Notes: a model not told the origin generated them from the letters alone. A DNA stretch of 64,000 bases from Heterodontus francisci (GCF_036365525.1 NC_090415.1:12090001-12154000); one strand, 5' to 3'. Positions 40,285 to 54,955 are shown, counted from the first letter of the stretch. Program-made: numbers and translations.

Positions 40285-41619
40285 ACTATTCAGATAATAA
40301 TCTGCTTTACTGTTTTAAAACCAAAGTGGATAACTTCACTTTTATCCAATTTATATTTCATCTGCCACACAGTTGCCGACTCACCCAACTTGTCCAAATC
40401 ACATTGGAGCCTTTTGCATCCTCCTCACAGCTCACAATCCCCCCCCCAACAAACCCCACCCCCAGCTCTGTGTCATCTGCAAACCTGGAAATGTTACATT
40501 TACTTCCCTCACCCAAGTCTGTAAGATATATTGTGAATAGCTGGGGCTCAAGCACAGTATCTAGCAGTACCCCACTGGACCCTGCCTGCCACCCAGAAAT
40601 ATACCCATTTATTCCTATTCTGTTTCCTGTCTGTCAACTAATTCCCAAACCCTGCCAGTATATTACCCCCAATCCCATGTGCTTTAATTTTGCACACTAA
40701 CCTCTTATGTGGGACCTTGTCAAAAGCCTTCTGAAAATCCAAATGCACCACATGCACTAGTTCTTCATTATCGAGTCTGCTAGTTACATCCTCAAAAAAC
40801 TCCAGTGGATTTGTTAAGCATGACTTCTCTTTCGTAAAACTATCACATCCCTTATAATAGACTCCAGCATTTTCCCCACTACTGATGTAAGGTTCACTCG
40901 TCTGTAATTCCTTTTTTTTCTCTCCCTCCTTGTTTTAAATAGTGAGGTTACATTTTCCACCCTCCAATCTGTACGAACTGCTCCAGAGTCTACAGAATTT
41001 TGGAATATCCGGTACTTCATATGTATCTCAGGCATTGTGGTGACAACTCTTTGTTTCACACGTTAATGTATCAATATGTGTTTACTTGTGTTTAATTTAA
41101 AATATGGATTAACGATGTTTTATTGCTGTAGGTTTTATTCAATTCTTGTTTGTGAGTTTTGGCTTTTTATCCAATTTGTATCTCTGCAAAAGCAATTGTG
41201 AATGACAATCTTTCAATTTTAGAGTATGACCTGACATGTAATGTTAAATTCCATCAGTTTGTAGTAAATGAACTAATCCTGTATGTTTTTGTCTGACCCT
41301 TAGTGACATGTTTACACTGGTGTGTAATTTGTAGCTCAGTTTATATTGTGGGGTATGTTATTGGGATTCATTCTGAAGCTTTCAATCAGGTACATTTTGT
41401 CTGTTCTGTTTAAGATCTGGTATTTGAATTGTAGCCAAGGCGACACAGTGTATTTAAATCAGATAATGTGTGTGTTTTTGGACTGTGATTCATGTATCTA
41501 CCAGTCAGTTGGAGAGAAATAGAAACAAATACGATCTCTATGCTCTGTTTGACTATTGGATTGATAATGTGTCTCTTTGGGATCAGTGTGGGTCTGACTA
41601 CTTCTTTTGTTTGTTACAG

Positions 41620-41793
41620 TGGAAATGATGACCTGACCGTGTCACTGTGCTTTGTGACTGATACTGTACCTAATATGTGTTGGAACGAGCTGGAGGTACT
41701 TTTCCATCTATTGATGAGTCATGACTTTCGTTCTGGTTCCTTTGAGTGTTTGCCTGGCAGATAAAAAAGGTAAGTCTTACACTTGAAGTACAG
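41620..41793 (+). pseudogene. Putative 174-nt exon A of an unidentified pseudogene
   Basis: tttgttacag acceptor, AG|gtgagt donor, phase 2-2; copies at 54337-54510, 60426-60599 and partially 43147-43302. Confidence 0.45.
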
Positions 41794-42214
41794 GTGAGTG
41801 AGAAGACACAAAAGTGATCAATGTAATATTTTCAGTAAGACGGGAGACATAAATACTTTTGTCTGCATCCGGCAGCTGCAGATTTCATGACGTGGCAGTT
41901 GTAAGATCTGGAGTAGCGATACCAATGTGCACAGCGCATTTTAATAGACTGGCGATCGTTTTCGGACTGAACAAATGTTTGTGGTACATAAAGGGTAGAA
42001 TGGTAAAAGTGCCTTTCCAATAGGGTCTGAGAGAATTAGAATGCATTTCATCTGATGAGCAACTAAATGCCAAAATCCAGTACACTTCATTCCAACACAA
42101 AACAATAATAACAGTATAATATTACAGTCTTTCAGACAGTAGCCAGCCCTTTTACAGATAAAGTGGGTGGCTCTGAAAAGAGCCTTTGGGTTCACAGATT
42201 CAAGTCAGGCCGCG

Positions 42215-42724
<510 letters not shown>

Positions 42725-43333
42725 TCATTGTACTGTACATGTTACCAATCAGAGAGCTGCTCAATTCACCAATCACAAGAAGACAGTGAGTTGAGAGCGG
42801 AAAATAAGAGCGCGAAATGGTCAGGCTCCCAACGATATTTCACATTTGAAAAGCCCGCCAATATATTTGTAAAACAAGGGGCGGCTTCAATATAGAATAT
42901 CGCATTTATAGGTTATATTGTTTTACAGAAAACATTGCAAAAACATTTTCATTTTTTTATTCCACATTTTGTCCCAGATTCGCTTTTGTAATCCGCCATG
43001 TATTCTGCTTTATTCTTTTTCATGATGCAGTCTAACCAGCGGCTGAAAGACTCATTCACAGCATTTTGTAACCGGACACATTTCAGGTCAATCTTCGTAA
43101 TTATACTGTCTCACTGATTCTAGATTGATCCCTTTTCGTGGGAGACCATGTCACTGTGCTTTGTGACTGATACTGTACCTAGTTTGAGTTGGAACGAGCT
43201 GGATGCAGGTTTCCTTCTGTCGAGGAGTCATGCCTTTCCATCTGGTTCCTTCAAGTGTTTGCCTGGCAGAAAAAAAAGGTAACTCTTACACTTGAAGAAC
43301 AGGTGAGTGAGAAGACACAAAAGTAATCAATGT

Positions 43334-44763
43334 CTTTTCTTTTTTCTTTTTCTTTTGGGCCTCCTTATCTCGAGAGACAATGGATACGCGCCTGGAGGTG
43401 GTCAGTGGTTTGTGAAGCAGCGCCTGGAGTGGCTATAAAGGCCAATTCTGGAGTGACAGGCTCTTCCACAGGTGCTGCAGAGAAATTTGTTTGTTGGGGC
43501 TGTTGCACAGTTGGCTCTCCCCTTGCGCCTCTGTCTTTTTTCCTGCCAACTACTAAGTCTCTTCGACTCGCCACAATTTAGCCCTGTCTTTATGGCTGCC
43601 CGCCAGCTCTGGCGAATGCTGGCAACTGACTCCCACGACTTGTGATCAATGTCACACGATTTCATGTCGCGTTTGCAGACGTCTTTATAACGGAGACATG
43701 GACGGCCGGTGGGTCTGATACCAGTGGCGAGCTCGCTGTACAATGTGTCTTTGGGGATCCTGCCATCTTCCATGCGGCTCACATGGCCAAGCCATCTCAA
43801 GCGCCGCTGACTCAGTAGTGTGTATAAGCTGGGGATGTTGGCCGCTTCAAGGACTTCTGTGTTGGAGATATAGTCCTGCCACCTGATGCCAAGTATTCTC
43901 CGAAGGCAGCGAAGATGGAATGAATTGAGACGTCGCTCTTGGCTGGCATACGGTGTCCAGGCCTCGCTGCCGTAGAGCAAGGTACTGAGGACACAGGCCT
44001 GATACACTCGGACTTTTGTGTTCCGTGTCAGTGCGCCATTTTCCCACACTCTCTTGGCCAGTCTGAACATAGCAGTGGAAGCCTTACCCATGCGCTTGTT
44101 GATTTCTGCATCTAGAGACAGGTTACTGGTGATAGTTGAGCCTAGGTAGGTGAACTCTTGAACCACTTCCAGAGCGTGGTCGCCAATATTGATGGATGGA
44201 GCATTTCTGACATCCTGCCCCATGATGTTCGTTTTCTTGAGGCTGATGGTTAGGCCAAATTCATTGCAGGCAGACGCAAACCTGTCAATGAGACTCTGCA
44301 GGCATTCTTCAGTGTGAGATGTTAAAGCAGCATCGTCAGCAAAGAGGAGTTCTCTGATGAGGACTTTCCGTACTTTGGACTTCGCTCTTAGACGGGCAAG
44401 GTTGAACAACCTGCCCCCTGATCTTGTGTGGAGGAAAATTCCTTCTTCAGAGGATTTGAACGCATGTGAAAGCAGCAGGGAGAAGAAAATCCCAAAAAGT
44501 GTGGGTGCGAGAACACAGCCCTGTTTCACACCACTCAGGATAGGAAAGGGCTCTGATGAGGAGCCACCATGTTGAATTGTGCCTTTCATATTGTCATGGA
44601 ATGAGGTGATGATACTTAGTAGCTTTGGTGGACATCCGATCTTTTCTAGTAGTCTGAAGAGACCACGTCTGCTGACGAGGTCAAAGGCTTTGGTGAGATC
44701 AATGAAAGCAATGTAGAGGGGCATCTGTTGTTCACGGCATTTCTCCTGTATCTGACGAAGGGA
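43334..44763 (-). mobile_element. RTE-clade LINE, 5'-truncated second copy
   Basis: ORF 43402..44772 includes SGVKQGCVLAP and FADD; nearly identical to the first copy; A-rich (aaaag)n tail. Confidence 0.95.
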
Positions 44764-44873
44764 TATTTTCAATAATAATCATTCTGAGCAATCACAAAAG
44801 GAAAGTTCACACATAAGCAGTGTCAGTGTCTGAGTCCACTGCAGTACTGCAGCACTCTGCTTCTGTTTCCCAG

Positions 44874-45021
44874 GTATTTGGAGCAGTTTTACAGCAATTT
44901 TGTGACATTCAGAAACAACCCATGCCCCGCAGTGCTCAATGACATGGACGACTCAATGGAGAAGTGATATTTGCAAAAGCCAGAGTTCTATTTCCATGTC
45001 CAATTATTCAATGGACAAGAA
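44874..45021 (+). pseudogene. Putative 148-nt exon B of the unidentified pseudogene
   Basis: tttcccag acceptor; YLEQFYSNFVTFRNNPCPAVLNDMDDSMEK*YLQKPEFYFHVQLFNGQE; paralog 54655-54802. Confidence 0.45.
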
Positions 45022-45134
45022 GTAATAACTGTTTAAAAAAGTGTCCTTAATTTCCTCACCTGATCCTGCAATAGACAGTCTTTGAAAATCTGCCATGTCT
45101 TCATTATTTAGTAATTTTTCCCCCACCATTCATC

Positions 45135-45480
45135 GAGAGATACAATACCAAAACAAGCTCTTCAGCCCATCGAGTCCATGCTGACCACCAACCACCTATA
45201 TTAATTCTAATATAATCCTATGTTAATTCCATTTTTCCCTCTCACGTCCCCACTATTCTCCGACAACATTCCTGCACTAGGGGCATTTTGTTTTTACAAT
45301 GGCTAATTTGCCTATCAACTTGCAAGTCTTTGGCATGTGGAAGGAAACCAGAGCACCCAGCGGAAACCCATGCAGTCACAGGGAAAACTTGCAAAATCCA
45401 CACAAGCAGGGTGAAGAACCGGACCAATGTCACTGGAGCTGTGAGGCTGCGGTGCTAGTCACTGTGCCACTCTGCCACCC
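45135..45480 (-). mobile_element. Diverged HE1-type SINE
   Basis: ggagctgtgaggctgcggtgctagtcactgtgccac head; absent from the paralog near 54890. Confidence 0.8.
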
Positions 45481-45724
45481 AATTCACTATCCAACAACAA
45501 CAAACAGTGAGATATTGAATCCAAACCAGGAACATTCATTACAGTTTGGAGAGAGAAATCAGCAATGATTTTGAAAAGCGAGTTCATCATATTCTGTCTC
45601 TCTCTCCCTGTCTAGACACTGCCTGAGATAGACCTCTCCCTTTCCCCTGGCTCACTCCATGTTCCGGGACCAGTTCCTGCTTCACAGTGCATATTACAAA
45701 CAGTCCCCCAGTCCTGCTGAATTA

Positions 45725-48700
45725 GCAGAAGTAGACCATTCAGCCGCTCGAGCTTGCTCCGCTATTCAATTTGTTCATGGCTGATCAATTTCTGAGTTGA
45801 ATTCCACACTCCCATCTATGCCTGATAATCTTTGATTCCCTTGCCTAACAAGAATCTATCTACCCCTGCCTTAAAAATATTCAATTACCCCACCTCCACC
45901 ACCTTCTGAGGCAGAGAATTCCAAAGTTGCACAACCCTCGGAGAGAAAACAAATCTCATCTCATCCCTAAAATGGCGATCCCTAATTCGAAAACAGCATC
46001 CCCAAGTTCTGAACTCATCCACAAGAGGAAACATCCTTTCCCCATCCACTTGTCAAGACCATTCAGGATGTTATACACTTCAATCAAGTCTCCCCTCACT
46101 CTTCTAAACTCCAGTGAAGAAAAGCCCAGTCTGTCCAACCTTTCCTCATAAGACAACCCACTCATTCCAGGTATCAATCTAATAAACCTCCTGTGAAACG
46201 CCTCCAACACATTTACTTCCTTCCTGAAATATGGAGACTAAAACTGCATGCAGTATTCAAGATGTGGTCACACCAATGCCCTGTATAACTGAAGCATAAC
46301 ATTCTTACATTTATTTTCAATTCCTCTCATGATAAAGGATAGTATTCCATTTTCCTTCTTGATGACTTGCTGTACCTGCATACTAACTTTTCATGACTCA
46401 TGCACCAGAACACCTAGATCCCTCTGTACCTCGGAATTATGCAGTTGTTCTCCATTTAAGTAATACTTTCTTTTTTTAATCTTCCAGACAAAGTGAACAA
46501 CTTCACATTTTTTCACATTACACTTCATCTGCCAGATTTCTGACCATTCACTCAACCATCTATCAAGGTCTGCAACCTCCTTATGTCCTCTTCACAACAC
46601 ACTTTCCTACCGATCTGTGTGTCATCTGCAAATTTAACTGCCATGCCATTGCTCTCCTCATCTAGGTTATGGATATAAAGTGTAAAATGTTGTGGGCCCA
46701 GCACAGACCCCTGTGTTACTCCACTTATCACATCCTCCCGATCAGAATGTTTTCTGTCAGCCAGCCAATCTTCTATCCATGCTAATTAAGTTACCCACTA
46801 CACCATGAACTCCTGCTTTGCACAATAACCTTTCATGTGACACCTTGACAAAGGCCTTCTTGAAAACCAAATACTGTATGTCAATGGGCTCCCCTTTATC
46901 CCCAGTGCATTTTCCTCCTTGAAAGAACTCTAACACTTTGGTTAACCATGATTTCCCTTTCACATAGCCATGCTGAACATTTCCAATGACCTTGTGTTTT
47001 TCTAAAGGCCCAGCCATAGCCTCCTTACTGATCAATTCTAATGCCTTCCCGACTCTGGGGTCAAGCTAACTGGCCTATAGTTACCCAATTTCTGCCTCCC
47101 CACCTTCTTGAATAGAAGGGTTATATTTACTACTTTCCAGTCTGATGGAACCTTTCTAGAATCTAGCGAATCTTGAAAAAATAACGAATCAACTATTTCA
47201 GCAGCCATAACTTTAAGGACCCTAGGATGAAGCCCATCAGGACCAAGAGACTTGTCAGCCAGCAGCTCCATCAGTTTATTCAGTACCACTTCCCTGGTGA
47301 TTGTAACCTCACCAAGTTCCTCTCTTCCTTCCACCTCCTGATTTACTGCTATTACTGAAATATTTTGTGTATCGTCTAGTGAAGACAGAAGCCAAATAAT
47401 TGTTCATTTCAACCACCATTTCCATATTATCTGCTATTAACTCCCCATTCTCATTCTCTAAAGGACCAACACTCACTTTACTTACACTTTTCCTTTTTAA
47501 ATACCTATGGAAACTCTTGCTATCCGTTTTTACATTTCTAACTAATCTTTCAGTCATTCTCTGCATTCACGACATTCTAACCAATCATCTGACCTGCCAC
47601 TCGTCTTTGCACAATTATATGCTTTTTCCTTAAGGTTGAGGCTATCCTTAACTTCTTTCGTTAACAATGGATGGTGGGTCCTCCCCTTAGAATTTTACTT
47701 TACTGTAGGAATATATTTCCTTTGAGCATTCAGAAATATCGCCTTCAATGTCTGCTACTGCTTCTCTATTGATTTATCTCCTCGCCTAGTAACCCAGTTC
47801 AATTCAGCTAGCTCAGATTTCATGCCCACATAGTTGTCCTTATTTAAGTTTAAAATACTCGTCTTAGACCCACTCCTCTCAATTTCAAACTGGATGCAAA
47901 ATTCAGTCATATTGTGGTTGCTGCTACCTAGAGGTGCCTTTACACTGAGGTCATTAATTAATCCTGTCAAATTACACAATACCAAATCTAATATAACCTG
48001 GTTCCAGAATGTACTGCTCAAAGAAACTATCTCAAAAGCATTCTATGAACTCCTCGTCCAGGCTGCTATAACCAATCTCATTTTTCCAGTTTATATGTTG
48101 AATAAAATCCCCATTATTATTTCCATCCCTTTATCACAAGCACCCAAAATTTGTTCTTGTATACTTCACCCTACATTGTCATTATTACTCAGTGGCCAGG
48201 ACACAACTCCTACTAGTGACTTCTTTCCCCGACTATTCCTCATCGTCAACCAAACTGATTCTACATCCTGATCTCCTGAACCAAGGTCATCTCTAACTAT
48301 TGCACCAATGCCATCCTTGATTAACAGTGCAACCCCTTCACCTTTATCTAACTTCCTATTCTTCTTGAATGCTGTATATCCCTCAATATTCAGGACCCAA
48401 CCATTGTTATCTTGCAACCATGTCTCTGTAATGGCTATTATATCATATTGATTTACTTCAATGTGCACTATCTGTTCCTCTACCTTGTTTTGAATGCTAT
48501 GTGCATTCACAGACAGAGCCTTATATTTTTGTTATCTTTGTAACACCTCGTGTTGACTGTTGCTGTGTTCTTAGGTTTTTTTCTCTCTGTCCCTTCCGCC
48601 ATTCACTGGTCTTCATTTCCCATGTTACTATTCTGCTCTCTTCCCTTGACTCTACACCTTGATTTGTTGCACCTACCCAAGCTTGATCCCTCTACCCCTT

Positions 48701-48770
48701 TGTTTCATTCAAAGCCCTCTCTACTTCCCTAGTTATGCAGTTTGCCAGAAAACTGGTCCCAGCACGTTTA
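45725..48770 (-). mobile_element. Old near full-length CR1 ORF2
   Basis: Minus ORFs: NAHSI..AITETWL, LDLVL..SSNHN, GPDGLHPRVLK, NYRPVSLT, RVRGDLIEVY. Confidence 0.9.
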
Positions 48771-48789
48771 CCTCTCAATTCCCTAGTCT

Positions 48790-50260
48790 ACAATTTATGT
48801 CTGTCAGTTTCTGATTTTGAGTGTGAGTATATCTGTACCTGTTTTATGTGAGAACCGTCTTATTCTGTATCTTTCAGATTTTGATGTGTCTGTGTGTCTG
48901 GCTTGCACTTGGTCCCCATCAGTTTAGGGTATGTGAGTGTGGATTTGACTGTTAATATTACATTCTTGGGAATATGAGTGGGGGTTCACACTTCATCTTT
49001 GAGTGTCTAGTCGGCCAACTTAAGGTTTAACCTGTGCCCTTAAATTTCTAATGTGTAGCTGTGGTTTTTATCCTGTCGCAGTCACTATCTGTTATAAGAG
49101 TAAAGGGTAAATTCTGGTTTTTGATTGTGGATTTTTCACCACATCTCTACATTGTCTCTGATGTGAATGTGATTTTTAATCTCTACATGCCAGTTTCTGA
49201 CATATGTCTCTGAGGTTTAATTTGTACATGTCATTCTCAGGTATGTGACTGCCAATTTTATTCTGAACCTCTCAGTTTCCTTTACCTGTGTGCGAGTTTT
49301 AGTCGGTATCTGTCAGTATCTGGTATATGAATCTTCTTCCTTATGTGTATGTTTTGTTTTGTATTTGTTAGTGTCTGAAGTGCCAATTGTCAGGTTTTCT
49401 TTGTACCTGTCACTCTCTGTTATGCATCACAGACTTTCCCGCTCTAACTGTAAATTTCTTGCAATTCACTATGGATTTCACTCTGTGTCTGTCAGTCTCT
49501 GGTAGTTAAGTGTGGTTTTTATACTTCATCTCCTAATTTCTGATATGTGAATGGAGATTTTAATCTGTACCTTTTGGCTTCTAGTGTGCGAGTCTGTGTT
49601 TCAATCTGTATCTACCAGTTTCTCAAATGTGAGGGTGGCATTTATTCTGTACCAGTTACTTTCTGAAATGTGTGAAGGTTTCAATCTTTCCCTGTCAGTT
49701 TCTGGGATGTGAATGTGGGTTTATTCTGGATCTTTCAATCTTTGGAACTTGAGTACATTCTTTGTCCGATACCTTTTTGCTTCTGTTAAGTGAATGAAGG
49801 ATTAGATCTGTACCTGTGCATTGATAGTAAATGAGTATCTGTTTTAGTCTGTACCTGGCAGTTTATGGCAAAGTAAGGTGGTTTATTTCTCTGCCTGCCA
49901 GATTCTGATCTGTGACTGTTGTTTTATTCTGTACCTGTTATTTTCTGTGATATGATTCTGGTTTTTGATCTGTACCTGTCAGTTGCTGTTACTTGACTGA
50001 GTTTCACTTTGTACCAGTTGGTTTCTGGTATGTGAGTGTCAGTTTTAAGTTGTACCTGTAAAGTTAAGGTATGACAGTGTGGGTTTATTCTGTATCTTTC
50101 AAACTCTGGTGTGTGATATGGGTTTTTTTTTCTCTGAATCTTGCAATTTCTGGTCTGTAAGTTTGTGTTCTTATCTGCATCTTACAGTTACTTATCGGTG
50201 TCTGTGTGCACATTTCCTTTTTCTGCAGCTATTAACGTCTGCTGCGTGAGTATGTGTAAT
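48790..50260 (+). repeat. Degenerate 41-bp tandem repeat
   Basis: Unit starts at 49565, 49606, 49647, 49686, 49726. Confidence 0.8.
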
Positions 50261-50261
50261 G

Positions 50262-51450
50262 TGTGAAGACCAAGGCAAAATATTGGTATAAATTATTTGC
50301 CATTTCCCTGTTCCCCATTATCAGTTCTCCAGTTGCATCCTCTGAGGTCCCCTCACTCAGTTTAGCTACTCTCGTTCTTTTTATATACCCGGAGAAGCTC
50401 TCACTGTTTGTTTATATATTTCTTGTAAATTTACTGTCAGAATCAATGTTCCCCCTCTTTATTAACTTTTTAGTCATCCGTTGCTGATTCCTAAAATATT
50501 CCCATTCCCCTGGCCCACCACTAGTTTTTGCCTCTTTGTATGCCTTAGTTTTTGATTGGATATTCTCCTTGGCAGCATTTATTAACCACAGATGGTTCAT
50601 CCTTCTCTTTTTGACAGGGATAAATTTTTGCTCAGCATTATGAAATATCTGTTTAAATGTCTGCCACTGCTCATCCACTGACCAACCCTTAGTCCATTTT
50701 CCCAGCCCGCTTTAGACAACTCTTTCTTCATACCACAGCTATTGCCCTTGTTTAAGTTGAGGACACTGGTTTGAGACCAGAGTTGCTCGCCCTCAAACTG
50801 AAATTGATATTCTACCATGTTGTGATCACTACCCCATAGAGGATCCTTAACTACAATATCTCTTGTTAATCCTATCACATTACACATTACTAGATCCAAA
50901 ATAGCCTGTTCCCGGGTATGTTCTGCAATGTATTGATCGAAGTAACAGTCCCTGATGTACTCAACAAATTCACCTTCCATATTACCTCTGCCAATCTGAT
51001 TTGTCCAGTCAATATGTTTACCTCTATAATCTTATTTACCCTTCGCAAATTTGCACATTGCTCTGGTAGCATTCTGGAGAGTATTACCTTTCTGGTTCTG
51101 CTTTTTAATTTAGCCCCGAGCTGCTCATAGGCCCTCAGCAGAAACGGATTCCTTGTCCGACCGATGTGGACCAAGACAGCTGGATCCTTTCCCTCCCACT
51201 CCAAGTTACTCTGCAGTCAAGAAGAGATGTCGTTAATCTTGGCACCAGGTCGGCAACACAGCCTTTGGGACTCCCTGTTATTGATGCCAGAAAATGGAAT
51301 CTATTCCCCTAAATCTGCAATCCCCTATTACTAATCCCACCATTGAATAGCACTCTGAACCACACTGCTGTGGACAGTTTGCTCATCCTTCCTGCAGCCT
51401 GTGCCCTCGTCCACACAGGGAGCAAGAAGCTCATACCTATTGGATAAGGG
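50262..51450 (-). mobile_element. CR1 fragment (ORF1 esterase remnant plus endonuclease)
   Basis: VLVHIG..LGAKLKSRT; LDLVMCN..GSDHNM. Confidence 0.85.
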
Positions 51451-51664
51451 CTAATGATATGTATATGAATGTGGGCCACATTCTGGACTTTCAGTCTCTG
51501 GTCCTGTGTGTGAATGTAGGGTTTATTCTGAAGTTACTAATACTGTGTTTTTATACTGTGATTCATTCTCAATCTCTGAGACTCTGGTTCTATTTAAGTG
51601 TAGGATTCATTCTGCATCTATGTGTCTACGTGCTGGATGTGAGTGTGGGATCTTGCTGTATTCA

Positions 51665-53720
51665 GAAACATAGAATCTTGGAGCAGGAGTAGGTCATTTG
51701 ACCCTGTGGGCCTGCTCCACCATTCAAATAGGGATCATGGCTGTTTGTCTAATTCAGTGCCCTGTTCCCACATTCTCCCCATATCAGTTGATCCCTTTGG
51801 CATTAAGAAATATATCTATTTCCTTCTTGAATATATCTAATAACTTGGCCTCCACTGCCTTTTGCGGTAGAGAATTCCACAGGTTCACCACCCTCTGAGT
51901 GAAGAAATTTCTCCTCAACTCAGTTCTAAATTGCATACCCCATCTCCTGAGACTGTGACCCCTGGCTCTGGACTCCCCAGCCATCGGGAACATCCTCCCT
52001 GCATCCAGCATGATTAGTCCTGTTAGAATTTATAGGTTTCTATGAGATCCCCTCTCATTCTTCTGAACTAAAGTGAATATAGGCCTACTTGACCCAATCT
52101 CTCCTCATATGTCAATCCTGCCATCCCAGAAAACAAGGCGAGAACAACCTTCCAAAGACAAAGAGACCAAAACAGCACACAATACTCCAGATGAGTCTCA
52201 CCAAGGCCCTGGATAACTGCAGTAAAACATTCTTGCTCCTGTACTCAAATCCTCTTGCAATGAAGGCCAACATACCATTCGAATTCCAAATTGCTTGCTG
52301 CACCCAAATGCTTACTTTCACCCAGATCTCGTTGCATCTCCCCCTTTCCCAATCTATCACCATTCAGATAATAATCTGATTTTCTGATTTTAAAACCAAA
52401 GTGTATAACCTCATTTTTATCCACTTTATATTTCATCAGCGACGCATTTGCCTAGTCACCTACCTTGTCCAAATCACATTGGGGGTCTCTTTGCATCCAC
52501 CTCACAATCCCACCCAAACCCCACCCCCAGCTCTGTCATCTGCAAACCTTGAAATGTTACTTTTATTTCCCTCACCCAAGTCATTCAGATATATTGTGAA
52601 TAGTTGGGGCCCAAACACAGATCCCTGCAGTACCCCACTGGTCCCTGCCTGCCACCCAGAAAAAGACCCATTTATTCCTACTGTCTGCTTCCTGTCTGTC
52701 AACTAATTCCCAATCCCTGCCAGTAGTCTGCTGGTTACATCCTCAAAAAATCCAGTGGATTTGTTAAGCATGACTTCCCTTTCGTAAAACCCATGCTGAC
52801 TTTGCCCAAACCCATTTATGCTTTCTAGGTGTTCTGCCATCACATCCTTTATAATAGACTCTAGGTGTTCTGCTATCACATCCTTTATAATAGACTCTAG
52901 GTGTTCTGCCATCACATCCTTTATAATAGACTCTAGGTGTTCTGCTATCACATCCTTTATAATAGACTCTAGGTGTTCTGCCATCACATCCTTTATAATA
53001 GACTCTCGGTGTTCTGCCATCACATCCTTTATAATAGACTCTAGGTGTTCTGCTATCACATCCTTTATAATAGACTCCAGGTGTTCTGCTATCACATCCT
53101 TTATAATAGACTCTAGGTGTTCTGCTATCGCAGCCTTTATAATCGACTCTAGGTGTTCTGCCATCACATCCTTTATAATAGACTCTAGGTGTTCTGCCAT
53201 CACATCCTTTATAATAGACTCTCGGTGTTCTGCCATCACATCCTTTATAATAGACTCTAGGTGTTCTGCTATCACATCCTTTATAATAGACTCCAGGTGT
53301 TCTGCTATCACATCCTTTATAATAGACTCTAGGTGTTCTGCTATCACATCCTTTATAATAGACTCTAGGTGTTCTGCTATCACATCCTTTATAATAGACT
53401 CTCGGTGTTCTGCCATCACATCCTTTATAATAGACTCTAGGTGTTCTGCTATCACATCCTTTATAATCGACTCTAGGTGTTCTGCCATCACATCCTTTAT
53501 AATAGACTCTAGGTGTTCTGCCATCACATCCTTTATAATAGACTCTCGGTGTTCTGCCATCACATCCTTTATAATAGACTCCAGCAGTTTCCCCACTACC
53601 AATGTCAGGCTCACTGGTCTGCAGTTCCCTGTGTTTTCTCTCCCTCCTTGTTTTAAATAGTGGGGTTACATTTTCCACCCTCCAATCTGTACGAACTGCT
53701 CCAGAGACTACAGAATTTTG
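51665..53720 (-). mobile_element. CR1 fragment containing the VNTR; paralog of 36515..41000
   Basis: SGVLQGSVFGP, FADD, NFFTQRVVNLWNSLP. Confidence 0.85.
52824..53579. repeat. 36-bp minisatellite, 21 copies
   Basis: TCTAGGTGTTCTGCYATCACATCCTTTATAATAGAC, unit starts 52824 to 53544 in steps of 36. Confidence 0.98.
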
Positions 53721-54336
53721 GAATATCCGGTACTTCATATGTATCGCAGGCATTATGTTGGCAACTCTTTGTTTCACACGTTAATGTATCAATATGTGTT
53801 TACTTGTGTTTAATTTAAAATATGGATTAACAATATTTTATTGCTGTAGGTTTTATTCAATTCTTGTTTGTGAGTTGCAGCTTGGTACCCAATTTGTAGC
53901 TCTGCAAAAGCAATTGTGAATGATGAACTTTCAATTTTAGAGTATGACCTGATATGTAATGTCAAATTCCATCTGCTTGTAGAAAATGAATTAATCCTGT
54001 ATGTTGTTGTCTGATCCTTAGTGACATGTTTGAACTGGTGTGTAATTTGTAGCTCAGTTTGTATTGTGGGCTGTGTTATTGGGATTCATTCTGTCGCTTT
54101 CAATCAGGTACATTTTGCCTGTTCTGTTTAAGATTTGGTATTTGAATTGTAGCCAAGGTGACACAGTGTATTTAAATCAGATAATGTGTGTGTTTTTGAA
54201 CTGTAATTGATATCCAACCAGTCAGTTGGAGTGAAATAGAAACGACTACTATCTCTAATGCTCTGTTTGACTATTGAATTGATAATGTGTCTCTTGGAAT
54301 CAGTGTGGGTCTGACTACTTCTTCTGTTTGTTACAG

Positions 54337-54802
54337 TGGAAATGACGACCTGACCATGTCAGTGTGCTTTGTGAGTGATACTGTACCTAATGTGTATTGG
54401 AACGAGCTGGATGCACGTTTTCTTCTGTCGAGGAATCACGACTTTCATTCTGGTTCCTTCAAGTGTTTGCCTGCAGGAAAAGAAAGGCAACTCTTATACT
54501 TGAATAACAGCTGAGTGAGAAGACAGAAAAGTGATCAAAGTAATCTTTTCAATAATAAACATTCTGAACAATCACAAAAGGAAAGTTAACAACACAAGTA
54601 GTGTCAGTGTCTGAGTCCACTGCAGTACTGCAGAACTCTGCTTCTACTTGCCAGGTATTTGGACCGGTTTTATAACAATTTTGTGACATTCAGAAACACC
54701 CCAAGCCCCGCACTGCTCCATGAATTGGAAGACCCGATCGAGTAGTGACATTTGCGTAAGCCAGATTTCTATTTCCATGTCCCATTGTTCAACGGACAAC
54801 AA
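54337..54802 (+). pseudogene. Exons A and B of the unidentified pseudogene with a 144-nt intron
   Basis: Exon A frame fully open here but donor mutated to CT; exon B has TAG TGA and ends CAA|gtaagc. Confidence 0.45.
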
Positions 54803-54955
54803 GTAAGCACTGTTTAAAAAAGTGTCTTTAATCTTCTCACCTGGTCCCTTCAAATCTGCCGCATCTTTATTGTTCAGACATTTTTTTCTGCTATTCACTA
54901 TCCAATAACAATAAATAGTGAGATACTGGATCTGAACCAGGAACATTCATTACTG

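Larger units (their letters stand above)
36515..41000 (-). mobile_element. Old CR1 fragment hosting a SINE and an RTE insertion
   Basis: RRMRGDLTET (36342 ORF), FADDTELG (40358 ORF), NYRRVNLTSVVGKMLE (40814 ORF); uninterrupted paralog at 58897..59810. Confidence 0.85.

Noticed and set aside
52824-53579. 36-bp repeats resembling a CRISPR array, and three long repeat ORFs
   Set aside because: Units are contiguous with no spacers, no cas genes, eukaryotic context; the ORFs follow from a stop-free unit divisible by three
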